From positions 185,908,638-185,972,637 of the forward strand of contig NC_092374.1 in assembly GCF_030028105.1 (NCBI RefSeq): 64,000 nucleotides of DNA. The letters run 5' to 3'. The notes under the pieces are model-generated. The model saw nothing but the letters and a program-made list of their open reading frames with translations, searched no databases and was not told where the DNA came from. This stretch comes from Mobula birostris. Its lineage: Eukaryota. The stretch's first letter is position 1. The number at the start of each line of letters is the position of its first letter. The position numbers were made by a program, and so were the translations under genes. Shown piece after piece: positions 1-13,414 of this stretch.

Positions 1-611
1 TTTCTATACAATGTTACATTAGCCTGTTACACATCTATTGTCAGAGAAGTACTTGCATGAAGAGGTGAACCACCTTCGTACAAGCAAGGACAGAAAACAG
101 GGCAGAGTGAATATACTTATTTATTCAGTATGCTATGAGTCAAAGTATTTGGTGAGTACATTTCTAACCCTTCTGGCTTCAGTCTCGTTGCCGTCTGTTC
201 TGAAATTGTTAGGTGGTTGCGTTCAAGAAAACAACGAAATGCCGCGCTGTGGCTATCTGTTCCGGCATGTCATGACAGCGTTTTTAAATAATCAAAAAAG
301 CTCACTTTACAATTTAACTCTCACGCCACTCACACCGACTGCGCGTTATAACAGTTTGCGCAGTACCAAGCAGAAGCAGAAAAAAGCATTGTTGTTGAGG
401 TGTTGTCATGACAGTGTTTTTAAATCTCTCCGGTTACCCCGTACACACTACAACGGATATTAGGTGTTTTCAGATTTATTCATTCTGGAGATCGTTTCTG
501 AAAATTTCTGTTTTCGGGGGATGAAAACGCTGTTTCAGTGTGGACAGAAGGTCAAAACGAAGAGAAAAGGCTTAGTTTTCAAAATTATCCGGCGTATTGT
601 GGACGTACCCT

Positions 612-2293
612 CTGTGTAATTATGGAGAAGGATAGGACTGGACCTAGGATTGAGATTTTTGATTGGAGAAAGGCTAACTTTGAGGAGATGCGAAAGGATT
701 TAGAAGGAGTGGATTGGGAAAATTTGTTTTATGGGAAGGATGTAACGGAGAAATGGAGGTAGTTTAAAGGTGAAATTTTGAGGGTTCAGAATTTTTATGT
801 TCCTGTTAGGTTGAAAGGAAAGGTTAAAAGTTTGAGAGAGCCATGGTTTTCAAGAAATATTAGAAACTTCGTTCAGAAAAAGAGAGGGATCTTCAATAAA
901 TATGAGCAGCTTGGAGTTAATGAGATACTCGAGGAATATAAAGAATGTAAAAAGAATCTTAAAGAAATTAGGAAAGCTAAAAGAAGATACGAGGCTGCTA
1001 CGAGGAATAGTCTACATGGATTTGTGCGTGGAAGGTCATGTTTGACAAATCTTAATGAGTTTTTTGATGAGGTTACTAAGAAAGTTGACGAGGGTAAAAC
1101 GGTGGATGTTGTCTATATGGACTTCAGTAAGGCCTGTGACAAGGTTCCACACGGAAGGTTAGTTAGGAAGGTTCAATCGTTAGGCGTTAATATGGAAGTA
1201 GTAAGATGGATTCAGCAGTAGCTGGATGGGAGACGCCAGAGAGTAGTGGTGGATAACTGTGTCTCAGATTGGTGGACGGTGTGTAGTGGTGTGCCTCAGG
1301 GATCTGTACTGGGTCCAATGTTGTTTGTAATATATATTAATGATCTGGATGATGGGGTGGTAAATTGGATTTGTAAGTATGCAGATGATACTAAGATAGG
1401 TGGAGTTGTGGATGATGTGGTAGGTTTTCAAAACTTGCAGAGAGATATAGGATAGTTAGAAGAGTGGGCTGAAAGGTGGCAGATGGAGTTTAATGCTGAA
1501 AAATGTGAGGTACTACATTTTGGTAGAACTAATCAAAATAGGACATACATGGTAAATGGTAGTGCATTAAAGAATGCTTTAGAACAGAGGGATCTAGGAA
1601 TAATGGTACATAGTTCCCTGAAGATGGAATCTCATGTGGATAGGGTGGTGAAGAAAGCTTTTGATTTGCTGGCTTTTATTAATCAGAACATTGAGTATAG
1701 GAGTTGGGATGTAATGTTGAAATTGTATAAGGCATTGGTAAAGCCAAATCTGGAGTATTGTGTACAGTTCTAGTCACCGAATTATAGGAAAGATGTCAAT
1801 AAAATTGAGAGAGTACAGAGGAGGTTTACTAAAATGTTACCTGGGTTTCATCTCCTAAGTTACAGAGAAAGGTTGAACAAGTTAGGTCTTTATTCTTTGG
1901 AGAGTAGAAGGTTGAGGGGGGATTTGATAGAGGTGTTTAAAATTATGAGGGGGATTGATAGAGTTGACGTGGTTAGACTTTTTCCATTGAGAGTGTGGAA
2001 GATTCAAACAAGAAGACATGGGTTGAGAATTAGAGGACAAAAGTTTAGGGGTAACATGAGGGGGAACTTCTTCACTCAGAGAGTGGTAGCTGTGTGGAAC
2101 GAGCTTCCAGCAGAAGTGGTTGAGGCAGGTTCGATGTTGTCGTTTAAAGTTGAATTGGATATGGACAGGAAAGGAATAGATGGTTTTGGGCTGAGTGCAG
2201 GTCGGTGGGACTAGGATAGGGTAAGAGTTCGGCATGGACGAGAAGGGCCGAGATGGCCTGTTTCCATGCTGTAATTGTTATATGGTTATATGG
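612..2293 (+). mobile_element. CR1 LINE, degraded, internally deleted ORF2 (RT) with 3' tail
   Basis: Fragments YMDFSKACDKVPH, GVPQGSVLGP, YADDTKIGG, EYCVQF; (gttatatg)n-type tail. Confidence 0.92.
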
Positions 2294-3239
2294 ATGAAAG
2301 GGGTAGTGTGGGTTTAGTACGTTTCTTTTTTAAGGAATATATGGGTCAGCACAACATCGAGGGCTGAAGGGCCTGTACTGTGCTGTAGTATTCTAGTGTC
2401 TAGTGTCTAGATAGAGTGGGTGTGAAGAGAATGTTTCCTACAGTGGAGGAGTTTTGGACAAGAGAGTACTGCTTCAAACTAGAGGGACTCCATCTGAAAG
2501 CCCTCAACTCGAAGTGGAGTCATTGGGACTCCGTCTTTTTAGCAGGCTTTTTTATTTTTACGAAGTCGAGTTGCTAGCTTGACGCTCAACCCAGCACAGA
2601 TGGAAAGCATGCAAGGGAGCCGGCTGGGTTCAAACTCAGGAGCCTTCTCTCCGAAGTCCAGCATTGATGCCACTACACCACCAGCCGGCCATTTGGAACA
2701 GAGCTGAGGAGGAATTTCTTTAGCCAGAGGGTGCTAAATCTGTGGAATTCATTGGCACAGATGGCCGAGGAGGCTAATTCATGGGATGTACTTAAGGCAG
2801 AGATTTATAGGTTCTCGATTAGTCAGGATGTGAAAGATTATGAGGAGAAGGCAGGAGAATGGGATCAACCATGATGAAATGGCGGATCAGACGTGATGGG
2901 CCAAATGGCCTAATTCTGCTCCTGTGTCTTGTGGTCTAAGCTGAGGTTGATAGGTTGGCATGAAGAAGGGTCGTCAAATGTGTTTACATTTGGCAGAGGC
3001 AGACTGGGCAAAATGAATTATTAAGCTGTATTTTATTTCATCCTTGCATCCAAAGCTACAATCCATTTGGTTTAAGTCTTGTGCACCCAAGCTGCCTTCT
3101 CCTTTGCAATATTTTGACAGTTTAGCCTAGATTGAGTTAACATTGGAGAGTTAATTATGTGTAAATTGGCTGCCAGAACCAGGTGCTAAACTGTGGTGAG
3201 TGGTCTTATATCTGCTAATGTAATAGGTGCTGATTTTAG

Positions 3240-3680
3240 GTCATACAACCATAAGACACTGGAGCAGAATTAGGCCACTTGGCCCATTGGGTCTGACCTG
3301 CCGTTTCATCACAGCTGATTTAAGATACCTCCCAACCCATCTTTCTGCTTTCGCTCCATAACCTTTGACACTCTTACTAATCAAGAACCCATCAACCTTC
3401 GCTTGAAATATACTCAATGACCTGGCCTCCAAAGCCATTTCATCGCAATGAATTCCACAGATTCTCCACTCTGGCTGAAGAAATCCCTCTTCATTTCTGA
3501 GGCTGTGACTCTCTGTGTCCACTCCATCTTTGCCTTTCAATATTGAATGTGTTTCAGTAAGGTTCTCTTCCTCCCCATGCTGCCCCCATGACCACCTTCT
3601 TCTAAACTCCAGCAAGTAGAGGCCCGGACCCAAGAAACGCTCCTCGTACGCTGACCCTCTGTCACCCGGTTCCAGTGTTT
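3240..3680 (-). mobile_element. CR1 3' fragment
   Basis: Antisense CR1 C-terminal/3'UTR sequence shared with other copies in the window. Confidence 0.7.
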
Positions 3681-3734
3681 CACCACTGTCTTCCCAGATT
3701 TAACAGTTACATTTTCTTTTCTTGCCCTCATCAG

Positions 3735-4043
3735 TCAACAGAGAAGATGCCATTGCAATGCTTGGTTCATCAGTTTTACTGGATTCGGAAGTCGAAGTTA
3801 ACCCGCAGAAGCAAGAGATCGTTTGGACATTCATCAGCAGCCACAACAGCCCTGTCACCATTTTACATCACATCCCGAATTACAAGAAGTGGGTAGAGCC
3901 CAGTGAACAGTTCAAGTTGCGCCTGGGTTTTATTCTTTCCAATGGTTCTTTGATGATAAATGGATTAAAAGTCAGGGACGAAGGAGATTACAGTTTGGAT
4001 GTAGATGGCCGTGAACTGAAAATAATACATTTGTCCCTCTTCG
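3735..4043 (+). CDS. Gene A exon: cysteine-less IgV domain (CD2/SLAM/CEACAM N-domain type)
   Basis: Acceptor ttcttttcttgccctcatcAG and donor GTgagt; 309 bp, phase 1-1. Translates VNREDAIAMLGSSVLLD...EIVWTF...RLGFILSNGSLMINGLKVRDEGDYSLDV..., with C-strand W, GSL.I, D.G.Y and no B/F cysteines. Confidence 0.9.
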
Positions 4044-4500
4044 GTGAGTACATGAATAACTGATTCAAGATTCAAGTTTATTTAACACGTGTACAGTACT
4101 GTGCAAAAGTCTTAGGCACATAAATGTATACAGTAGCCAGCGTGCCTAAGACTTTGTACAGTTTGATATATTATGTCTTTCCATTTGCCAAATACTATTA
4201 GCTCAGTAGTATTAATTGTTATTTGGGAACTGGAAAGACATAATATTCAGTACTTGAGCACCCTAGCTATGTATGTGTACTTCAGACTTTGGCACAATAT
4301 TGTACATGTGGGTTTATCAACATTGGGACTGGCTCTTTCAGTCAGAGTCCTGGAGAAAGATGACAACTGAAACAGGCCTTTCAGCCCACGAACATTTTTG
4401 TTAGCCCTGACATAGCCCTTGTTATTGCTGTTCCTCACTTTGCCCTGACACCTCATTAAATGGTCATCCGTCCCATTCCCGGTACGGCTGAGGGCATATC

Positions 4501-5098
4501 CAGACATCCCACCCTGGAAAAACTCATTTCAGGGCGGTAGCACCATCAATTTGCGGGAGAATCCCTGAACTTCCGGGAGAGGTGGGATGTCTGCAATAGG
4601 GTAGCTCCTGAGCAGCTAGCCAGCTAGTTTAAATAACGTTAGCTATGCTAATGAACGAATGACACCTGCTAAACTCACCTCAACAGGTCTTTTACAGTCT
4701 CAACCCACAATGGGCAATAGAAAAGTCACTGTTGCAAACAGTGCAGCGAGCAACATTGTCATTATTTTGACCCCTATTAGGCAGGGGTACACTTTAGTGT
4801 TGTCTGGGGTGACGTACGTTTTATATTTTCTTTTTTTGGAACACTCTACCATGGTGCGCTCTCGCGCTCTCGGTTGCTCTAGCGGTCTCTCTTGCTCTCT
4901 CTCGTGGTCGCGCGCTCTCACTTGCTTTCTCACTTTCTCTCGTGCTCTCTCTCTCTCTCGTGGTCGCTCTCTCTTGCTTTCTCTCGCTCGCTCTCAAAAA
5001 ATTGATTTCCGTGTTATTGTACATAATTTGCGGGCATCAGGCAGCCACTAGTAATATGCAGGAGACTCCTCGAACTTCCGGGAGAGGTGGGATTTCTG
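4501..5098. mobile_element. Non-autonomous TIR DNA transposon (MITE-like)
   Basis: TIRs cagacatcccacc / ggtgggatttctg flanked by duplicated (g)gcatatc(c); internal (CT)-rich tract; no ORF. Confidence 0.6.
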
Positions 5099-5191
5099 GC
5101 ATATCCCAGCTTGGAACGTGAGCTGCACAGATACGTGGCTGAAAGGCAAGTCCTCCCTTCCCCCCGCACTTGATGAAAGGTGGGAGCCGCA

Positions 5192-5455
5192 GCAGCCGTA
5201 GTAGTTTGACACTATGCCATCAGAGTTCAGAGTTCAATTCCGGCACTGTCTGTGAATGTTTGTACGTCCTTCCCATGAGCACGTGGGTTTCTTCACAGTG
5301 CTCTGGTTTCCTCCCACAGTCCAAAGGCGTACTGGTTAGTGGGTTAACTGGTGATTGTAAATTGTCCCACCGTTAGGCTTGGGTTAAACAGGTGGGTTGC
5401 TGGGCAGTGTGGCTCGTTGGGCTGGGAGGGTCGGTTCTGCACCGTATCCCGAAAT
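5192..5455 (+). mobile_element. V-SINE/HE1-like SINE (related copies at about 12690-12935, 19480-19680 and 37345-37550, all minus strand)
   Basis: Conserved core gtgggtttc...gctctggtttcctcccacagtccaaag repeated in several copies. Confidence 0.7.
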
Positions 5456-6108
5456 AAATGTCACGCAATGAGGTTTCATTGCAAGTCATCAGTTCATAAT
5501 ATGTGGCATTGATTAACTGGACTCTGGAAACTCACCCTCGTTCCTCAAAAACACTTTATTTACTTGTGCACAAGGAGAACTGCATGACCCCTGTCACCGC
5601 ACTGTTCTGAAGTCTGAACAGAGAAAATGCCACTGTCAGAACAAATTGAATTGCTTTACAGATATTGACCAGCTGGGACATGTTCAAGTTCCTGACTTGC
5701 AAAATTAATTGTCATTCAGGATAGTTGCTGCCTGATCCTGGAATCCTTATCTGATCTCCCTGTGCCAAATAGCTCCAGTCCCCTGCTGTGCTATGTTCTC
5801 CAAAGGCCTTCCCTAGTGACCTATCTTGGCTGCACTGACTGCACACTATCTGCATTCTGTGCTTGCCAGGACATTATCGTGACCTTTGCCTTGCTGCCCC
5901 TTCCAGAGTAGCACAGTGCTTATTACATTCGCCTTACAGCGCCAGTGGTCACTGACTGCAGCTCAATTCCCGTCACCGTCCGTAGGCATTTTGTATGTTC
6001 TCCCTGTGACCGTGCGTGTTTCCTCACACATTCCGAACTGTACGGATGGTGAAAAAGGATCTAGTGCTTTCCTGGCGTATGTGACGAATAAACTGTTCTC
6101 AGACTCCC

Positions 6109-6670
6109 AGCCGGCTGTAGGTATCGATTTTAACCAATGTTTCAATGACAAGGTCTGCCATCTTCATCGGGGATGATGTCTGGGCATGTCTAGTCCAGTG
6201 GTATTTATACCCCTGTTGTCCCTCTCTCCTGAATGGTTAGTCCTCATCCAGTCAGGTTTCCACTGAAACCCATATCAAGGAGCACAGGCAATGTATCCGT
6301 TTGGGTTACCTGGAGAAATTGGCAGTGGCAGAACATTGTGTTCACAATGGCCATAGGATTGAATTCGACGGCACAAAACTGTGCCACGCCAATGGCTTTT
6401 GGGACCACCTGGTGAAGGAAGCATTTGAAATAAAACTAGAGGAATAGAATTTTATTCAGGGCAAACGTCTTCCTTTAGGTAAGAACTGGAATTTGGTTGT
6501 AAGCAAGGTGGGACGGCAGAAACCTGATTGGATGAGGACTAACCATTCAGGAGAGGTGGAATACAGGGGTGTAAATACCACCGGACTAGACATGCCCAGG
6601 CATCGTTCCTGATGAAGATGACAGAGTTTGTCACCGAAACGTCAGTTAAAATCGATACCTACACCTGGCT
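6109..6670 (+). mobile_element. Penelope-like element remnant: GIY-YIG 3' fragment between inverted pseudo-LTR arms
   Basis: Arms about 6109-6260 and 6519-6670 are reverse complements; the spacer translates HIKEHRQCIRLGYLEKLAVAEHCVHNGHRIEFD; CTGATGA...GAAACGTC motif at 6609-6643. Confidence 0.75.
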
Positions 6671-6827
6671 TGAAGCCCAAGAGAGCTTATTCATGTACGG
6701 TTAGGGTTAGTGAGTTGTGTTCATGCTATGTTAGCGTGTCAGCACGTCTGGACTGCACAGTCACAAAACAACATATTTAACTACACGTTATTGAAGTACA
6801 AATAAAGCTAGTCTTTCTGCCCTTTAG

Positions 6828-7088
6828 ATAACCTGTTGGAAGCTACGATATTGACCAGCTCCTCCTTCCCTGCTTCTGCTATCTGGCTCATCTGCAACGT
6901 CAGTGGAGATCCTCAAAAGTATCAATGGTGGAAAAATGGAGCGGAAATCCCCCGACTTCACCAACTTATCGATGGCAATCGGACTCTAATGATCATGGAT
7001 GCCTCAAGACATGACTGTGGAATTTATACCTGCGCGGCAACCAATCCAGTCAGCTTCATCCAGGCTAACCACACCCTATTCATTTCTG
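6828..7088 (+). CDS. Gene A exon: IgC2 domain
   Basis: Acceptor gtctttctgccctttAG and donor GTgagt; 261 bp, phase 1-1. DNLLEATI...WLICNVSGDPQKYQWWKNG...NRTLMI...DCGIYTCAATNPVS has canonical C-W-C plus one extra Cys. Confidence 0.92.
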
Positions 7089-7659
7089 GTGAGTTTCGTT
7101 TGTAAATCTTATTCTGAGAGTAAATTTGACATCCTCGTTTAGTGGCCTGCTTTGGAAATGAATCTGTCAGCACTGGGAGTGTTAAAGTTCCTAGAAATTT
7201 TGCAATAGGCAAAGAGGCCATTGGGTCCATCTTGTCTGTACTAGCTCTGAGTACTCCACCTACTCCCTTTTCCTGCTCCACAATTAAATCTGTCTCGATT
7301 ACAACTATTCTTGAGGCAAGATTCGACAACATACCCTGACAACATACCAGCTTGGATTCTTTTGCTAATCATCGTCCTTCTACTTCCTCCAGTTCTCAAC
7401 CTCTCTGGTTTCAAATAACTCTATCAGATCTTCTCACGTCCTCCCCTATTCCACAGAGAATGGCTTCAGTCTCTTCAGTCCGCCCACACGGCTCTCAATC
7501 GAGGAACCTTGAATTGAGGCTGAGGAGGGGTATTGTCTCTATCTCTGTAACTCTGAGCCACCCTTCCTGCTTTCTAATTTTTTATTATTTGTCATCTATT
7601 CAGCCTCATCTGCAAATAATACTTCTTCCTGAACAGACAAACACTTAACCTAAACATTT

Positions 7660-8733
7660 AAGGAAAGAGTGGGAATAAACGGGACCTTTTCAGAATGGCA
7701 GGCAGTGACTAGTGGGGTACCGCAAGGCTCAGTGCTGGGACCCCAGTTGTTTACAATATATATTAATGACTTGGATGAGGGAATTAAATGCAGCATCTCC
7801 AAGTTTGCGGATGACACGAAGCTGGGCGGCAGTGTTAGCTGTGAGGAGGATGCTAAGAGAATGCAGGGTGACTTGGATAGGTTGGGTGAGTGGGCAAATT
7901 CATGGCAGATGCAATTTAATGTGGATAAAGTGAGGTTATCCACTTTGGTGGCAAAAATAGGAAAACAGATTATTATCTGAATGGTGGCCAATTAGGAAAA
8001 GGGGAGGTGCAATGAGACCTGGGTGTCATTATACACCAGTCATTGAAAGTGGGCATGCAGGTACAGCAGGTGGTGAAAAAGGCAAATGGTTTGCTGGCAT
8101 TCATAGCAAGAGGATTCGATTACAGGAGCAGGGAGGTACTACTGCAGTTGTACAAGGCCTTAGTGAGACCACACCTGGAGTATTGTGTGCAGTTTTGGTC
8201 CCCTAATCTGAGGAAAGACATCCTTGCCATAGAGGGAGTACAAAGAAGGTTCACCAGATTGATTCCTGGAATGGCAGGACTTTCATATGATGAAAGGCTG
8301 GATCGACTAGGCTTATACTCATTGGAATTTAGAAGATTGAGGGGGGATCTTATTGAAACATATAAAATCCTAAAGGGATTGGACAGGCTAGATGCAGGAA
8401 GATTGTTCCCAATGTTGGGGAAGTCCAGAACGAGGGGTCACAGTTTGAGGATAAAGGGGAAGCCTTTTAGGACCGAGATTAGGAAAAACTTGTTCACACA
8501 GAGAGTGGTGAATCTGTGGAATTCTCTGCCACAGGAAACAGTTGAGGCCAGTTCATTGGCTATATATAAGAGGAGTTCGATATGGCCCTTGTGGTTAAAG
8601 GGATCAGGGGGTATGGGGGGAAAATTGGTACAGGGTTCTGAGTTGGATGATCAGCCATGATCATACTGAATGGCGGTGCAGGCTCAAAGGGACGAATGGC
8701 CTACTCCTGCACCTATTTTCTATGTTTCTATGT
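7660..8733 (+). mobile_element. CR1 LINE, 5'-truncated RT
   Basis: GVPQGSVLGP, FADDTK, RPHLEYCVQFW; (tttctatg)n tail. Confidence 0.95.
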
Positions 8734-8757
8734 AACCTGTCATCAAATGGGGGGTGT

Positions 8758-11700
8758 AATAGAAACATAGAAAACCTACAGCACAATACAGGCCCTTCGG
8801 CCCACAAATCTGTGCCAAACATGTCCTTACCTTAGAACTACCTAGGCTTACCCATAGCCCTCTATTTTTCTAGGCTCCATGTACCTATCCAGGAGTCTCT
8901 TAAAAGACCCTATCGTTTCCGCCTCCACCACCGCTGCCGGCAGCCCATTCCACACACTCACCACTCTCTGCCGAAAAACCTTACCCCTGACATCTCCTCT
9001 GTACCTACTTCCAAGCACCTTAAAAACTCTGTCCTCTCATGATATCCATTTCAGTCCTGGGGAAAAAGCCTCTGACTATCCACACAATCAATGCCTCTCA
9101 TTATCTTGCACACCTCTATCAGGTCACCTCTCATCCTCCGTCACTCCAAGTAGAAAAGGCCGAGTTCACTCAACCTATTCTCAAAAGACATGCTCCCCAA
9201 TCCAGGCAACATCCTTGTAAATCTCCTCTGCACCCTTTCTATGGTTTCCACGTCCGTCCTGTAGTGAGGCGACCAGAACTGAGCGCAGTACTCCAAGTGG
9301 GGTCTGACCAGGGTCCTATATAGCTGTAACATTACCTCTCGGCTCCTAAACTCAATGCCATGATTGATGAAGGCCAATGCAGCGTATGCCTTCTTAACCG
9401 CAGAGTCAACCTGCTTAGCAGGTTTGAATGTCCTGTGGACTCGGACCCCAAGATCTCTCTGATCCTCCACACTGCCAAGAGCCTTACCATTAATGCTATA
9501 TTCTGCCATCATATTTGACCTACCAAGATGTACCACCTCACACTTATCTGGGTTGGACTCCATCTGCCACTTCTCAGCCCAGTTTTGCATCCTATCAATG
9601 TCCCATTGTAACCTCTGACAGCCCTCCACACTATCCACAACACCCCCAACCTTTGCGTCATCAGCAAATTTACTAACCCATCCCTCCACTTCCTCATCTA
9701 GGTCATTTATAAAAATCACAGTGAGTAGGGGTCCCAGAACAGATCCCTGAGGCACACCACTGGTCACCGACCTCCATGCAGAATATGACCCATCTACAGC
9801 CACTCTTTGCCTTCTGTGGGCAGGCCAGTTCTGGATCCACAAAGCAATGTCCCCTTGGATCCCATGCCTCTTTACTTTCTCAATAAGCCTCGCATGGGGT
9901 ACCTTATCAAATGCCTTGCTGAAATTCACATACACTTCATCTACCACTCTACCATCATCAATATGTTTAGTCACATCCTCAAAAAATTCAGTCAGGCTTG
10001 TAAGGCATGACCTGCCTTTGACAAAGTCATGCTGACTATTCCTAATCATATTATGCCTCTCCAAATGTTCATAAATCCTGCCTCTCAGGATTTTGTCCAT
10101 CAACTTACCAACCACTGAAGTAAGATTCACTGGTCTATAATTTCCTGGATATCTCTACTCCCTTTCTTGAATAAGGGAACAACATCCGCAACCCTCCAAT
10201 CCTCCGGAACCTCTCCTGTCCTCATTGATGATGCAAAGATCATCGCCAGAGGCTCAGCGATCTCCTCCCTCGCTTCACACAGTAGCCTAGGGTACATCCC
10301 ATCTGATCCCGGTGATTTATCCAACCGGTTGCTTTCCAAAGGCTCCAGCACATCCTCTTCCTTAATATCTACATTTTTAGTCCACTGCAAGTCAACCCTA
10401 CAATGGCCAAGCTCCTTTTCAGTAGTGAATGCTGAAGCAAAGTATTCATTAAGTACTTCTGCTTTCTCCTCCGGTTCCATACACACTTTTCCACTGTCAC
10501 ACTTGATTGGTCCTATTCTCTCACGTCTTATCCTCTTGCTCATCACATACTTGTAGAATGCGTTGGGGTTTTCCTTAATCCTGTCTGCCAAGGCCTTCTC
10601 ATGGACCCTTCTGGCTCTCCTAATTTCATTCTTAAGCTCCTTCCTGCTAGCCTTATAATTTTCAAGATCTCTATCATTACCTTGTTTTTTGAATATTTCG
10701 TAAGCTCTTCTTTTCTCCTTGACTAGATTTATTACAGCCTTTGTACACCACGGTTCCTGTACCTTGCCATCCTTTCCCTGTCTCATTGGAACATACCTAT
10801 GCAGAACCCCATGCAAATATCCCCTGAACATTTGCCACATTTCTTCCGTACGTTTCCCTGAGAACATCTGTTGCCAATTTATGCTTCCAAGTTCCTGCCT
10901 GATAGCCTCATTTTTCCCCTTACTCTAATTAAACGTTTCCCTGACTTGTCTGTTCCCGTCCCTCTCCAATGCTATGGTAAAGGAGATAGAATTGTGATCA
11001 CTATCTCCAAAATGCTCTCCCACTGAGAGACCCAACACCTGACCAGGTTCATTTCCCAATACCAGATCTAGTACAGCCTCTCCTCTTGTAGGCTTATCTA
11101 CGTATTGTGTCAAGAAACCTTCCTGAGCACACCTAATAAACTCCACCCCATCTAAACCCCTCACTCTTGGAAGATGCCATTCAATATTTGGGAAATTAAA
11201 ACCTCCCACCACAACAACCCTGTTATTATTACACCTTTGCAGAATCTGTCTCCATATCTGCTCCTCACAAACTCTCCCCAGTAGGCTTAGCAAACCTCCC
11301 TGCCAGGATATTGGTCCCCCTGGGATTCACGTGCAACCTGTCCTTTTTGTACAGGTCACACCTGCTCAAAAAGAGGTCCCAATGATCCAGAAATTTGAAT
11401 CCCTGTCCCCTGCTCCAATCCCTCAGCCACGCATTTATCCTCCACCTGATTCTATTCCTGTACTCACTGTCACATGGCACAGGCAGTAATCCCGAGATTA
11501 CTACCTTTGATGTCCTGCTTCTCAACTTCCTTCCTAACTCCCTATAGTCTGTTTTCAGAACCTCCTTCCTTTTCCTGCCTATTTCGTTGGTACTGATATG
11601 TACCACGACCTCTGGCTCTTCTCTTACCCACTTCAGGATATTGTGGATGCGATCAGGAACATCCTAGACCCTGGCACCTGTTAGGCAAACTACCATCCGC

Positions 11701-12392
11701 GTTTCTTTCCTGCATCCACAGAATCGCCTGTCTGACCCCCTAAGTATGGAGTTCCCTATCAATACTGCCAGCCTCTTCCTTTCCCTACCCTTCTGAGCCA
11801 CAGGGCAGACTCTGTGCCAGAGGCATGACCACTGTTGCTTCCCGCAGGTAGGCCATCTCCCCCAACAGTACTCAAACAGGAGTACTTATTGTTAAAGGAG
11901 ACAGCCACTGGGGTACTCTCTAGCATCCGCCTCTTGCCCTTCCCTCTCCTGACTGTTATCCACTTGTCTGTCTCCCGTGGCCCCGGTGTGACCACCTGCT
12001 TATATCTCCTCTCTGTCACATCCTCACTCTCCCTGACCAGATGAAGGTCATTGAGCTGCACGTCTAGTTCCCTAATGCAGTCCCAAAGGAGCTGTCGCTC
12101 GATGCACTTGCGCAGGTATGGCTGTCCGGGAGGCTGGGAGTCTCCAGGACCTCCCACATCTGACACCGAGCACAGAAAACCAGCCTCACACACATACTTT
12201 CTGTCTGTATTCTACGCAGATAACCTACATCACCTTGACCCATTATCGCCGAAGCCCTGTTGAGCCAAAGCCTTCCTACTCTGTCGCCCGCTTCTCCGGC
12301 GCCCGCTGTATAAATCTATCTTCTTTTTAAACTCATCTCGCTGTTCTCACTGACGTCCACGCGCTTGCGCAGTCGTGCCCCGTTCAAAAGGC
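8758..12392 (-). mobile_element. CR1 LINE, near full length and degraded (ORF1 esterase, APE, RT)
   Basis: Minus-strand ORFs 9141-10130 (RT), 10127-10867, 10925-11293 (APE), 11265-12193 (ORF1: HISTNEIG, GLHxNPRG). Confidence 0.95.
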
Positions 12393-13312
12393 TGAAGACA
12401 TTTTTTTTCTCCTGATTCAGTGGACAATGAGCTAAGAGTAGTGGTTAGAAATTGAAATAATGTATTGTCATCTACCATAATCCTTGTACCGTTCTATTTT
12501 GCTGATGAGTAACCACTTTCTGTGGATAGTCATAGTCATACTTTATTGATCCCAGGGGAAATTGGTTTTCATTACGGTTGCACCATGGTAGCCATGGTAA
12601 CAGTTGGTAACGTTTTTTTTCCCTAAAAATAACCACACTAACCCATGATATGTGTTCCTTTTAATTTGTTATTTATTTATGAGATACAGTGCGGAATATG
12701 CCCTTCGAGCCGTGCCACCCAGCAATCCCTCGATTTAGTTCTCGCCTCATCATGGGACAATTTGCAACGATCAATTGACCTCCCAGCCAGTATGCCTTTG
12801 GACTGTGGGAGGAAACCCTTGCAGTCAAGGGGAGAATGTACAAACTCCTTACTGGCTGCAGTGGGAATTGAACCTGGGACGCTGGTACTGTAAAGCGTTG
12901 TGCTAACCACTACACTACGTGTGGTCCCATGGTAACGTAGCTCTTCTACGACTTGCATCTTAATCCCTGGTCAGGTGACCTGCTGAGGAGCCGGGGTTAG
13001 CAACGTGTCTTCTGGGCCTGGGGAAAGAATATCCGTCACGCCCCAAGTTTTGCATCTTCTGTCAGTTTGGAATGTTGCTCGGAGTTGTTCATTCTTGGCT
13101 GGAACAGCAAGTTGCTGTCTAGTAAGTGCTCCTGAGAGGGCATGTAGAGCATGTTGGTACAGGCGTGAAGTCACAGGCTGGTGAAATGGGTCAGGGGCTG
13201 GCGCTTTCCCATCCCTGCAGGAGATGAAGGGAACCGTAGGCTTGTTGCAATTCATAGCAAATCCCTTTGTTGTCTCTGTGTAACATTGTTCAAAGTTATT
13301 TTTTAATTGCAG

Positions 13313-13414
13313 GTTTTCATCAAGAGGACGTAGCAATAATTGTTCTGTCGGTGATCTCTTCGGTGCTTTCTATTTTGCAGTGCTCGCAGTGCTTGCTGCT
13401 GAAGACAGACAGAG
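13313..13414 (+). CDS. Gene A exon: TM helix 1
   Basis: ttattttttaattgcAG ... GTattt; 102 bp, phase 1-1; GFHQEDVAIIVLSVISSVLSILQCSQCLLLKTDR. Not in the ORF track. Confidence 0.8.

Noticed and set aside
38-463. 141-aa ORF at the window start
   Set aside because: No domain signature. It overlaps sequence resembling a Harbinger-type MITE end (about 420-611) and is not a plausible leader exon for gene A.
4659-5051. Overlapping low-complexity ORFs (RERAR/SLSL repeats)
   Set aside because: Artefacts of a CT microsatellite inside a MITE.
9141-10130. Long RT and endonuclease ORFs (also 29062-30111, 59677-61960) as functional genes
   Set aside because: All are CR1 copies broken by stops, frameshifts and deletions; none is retrotransposition-competent as written.
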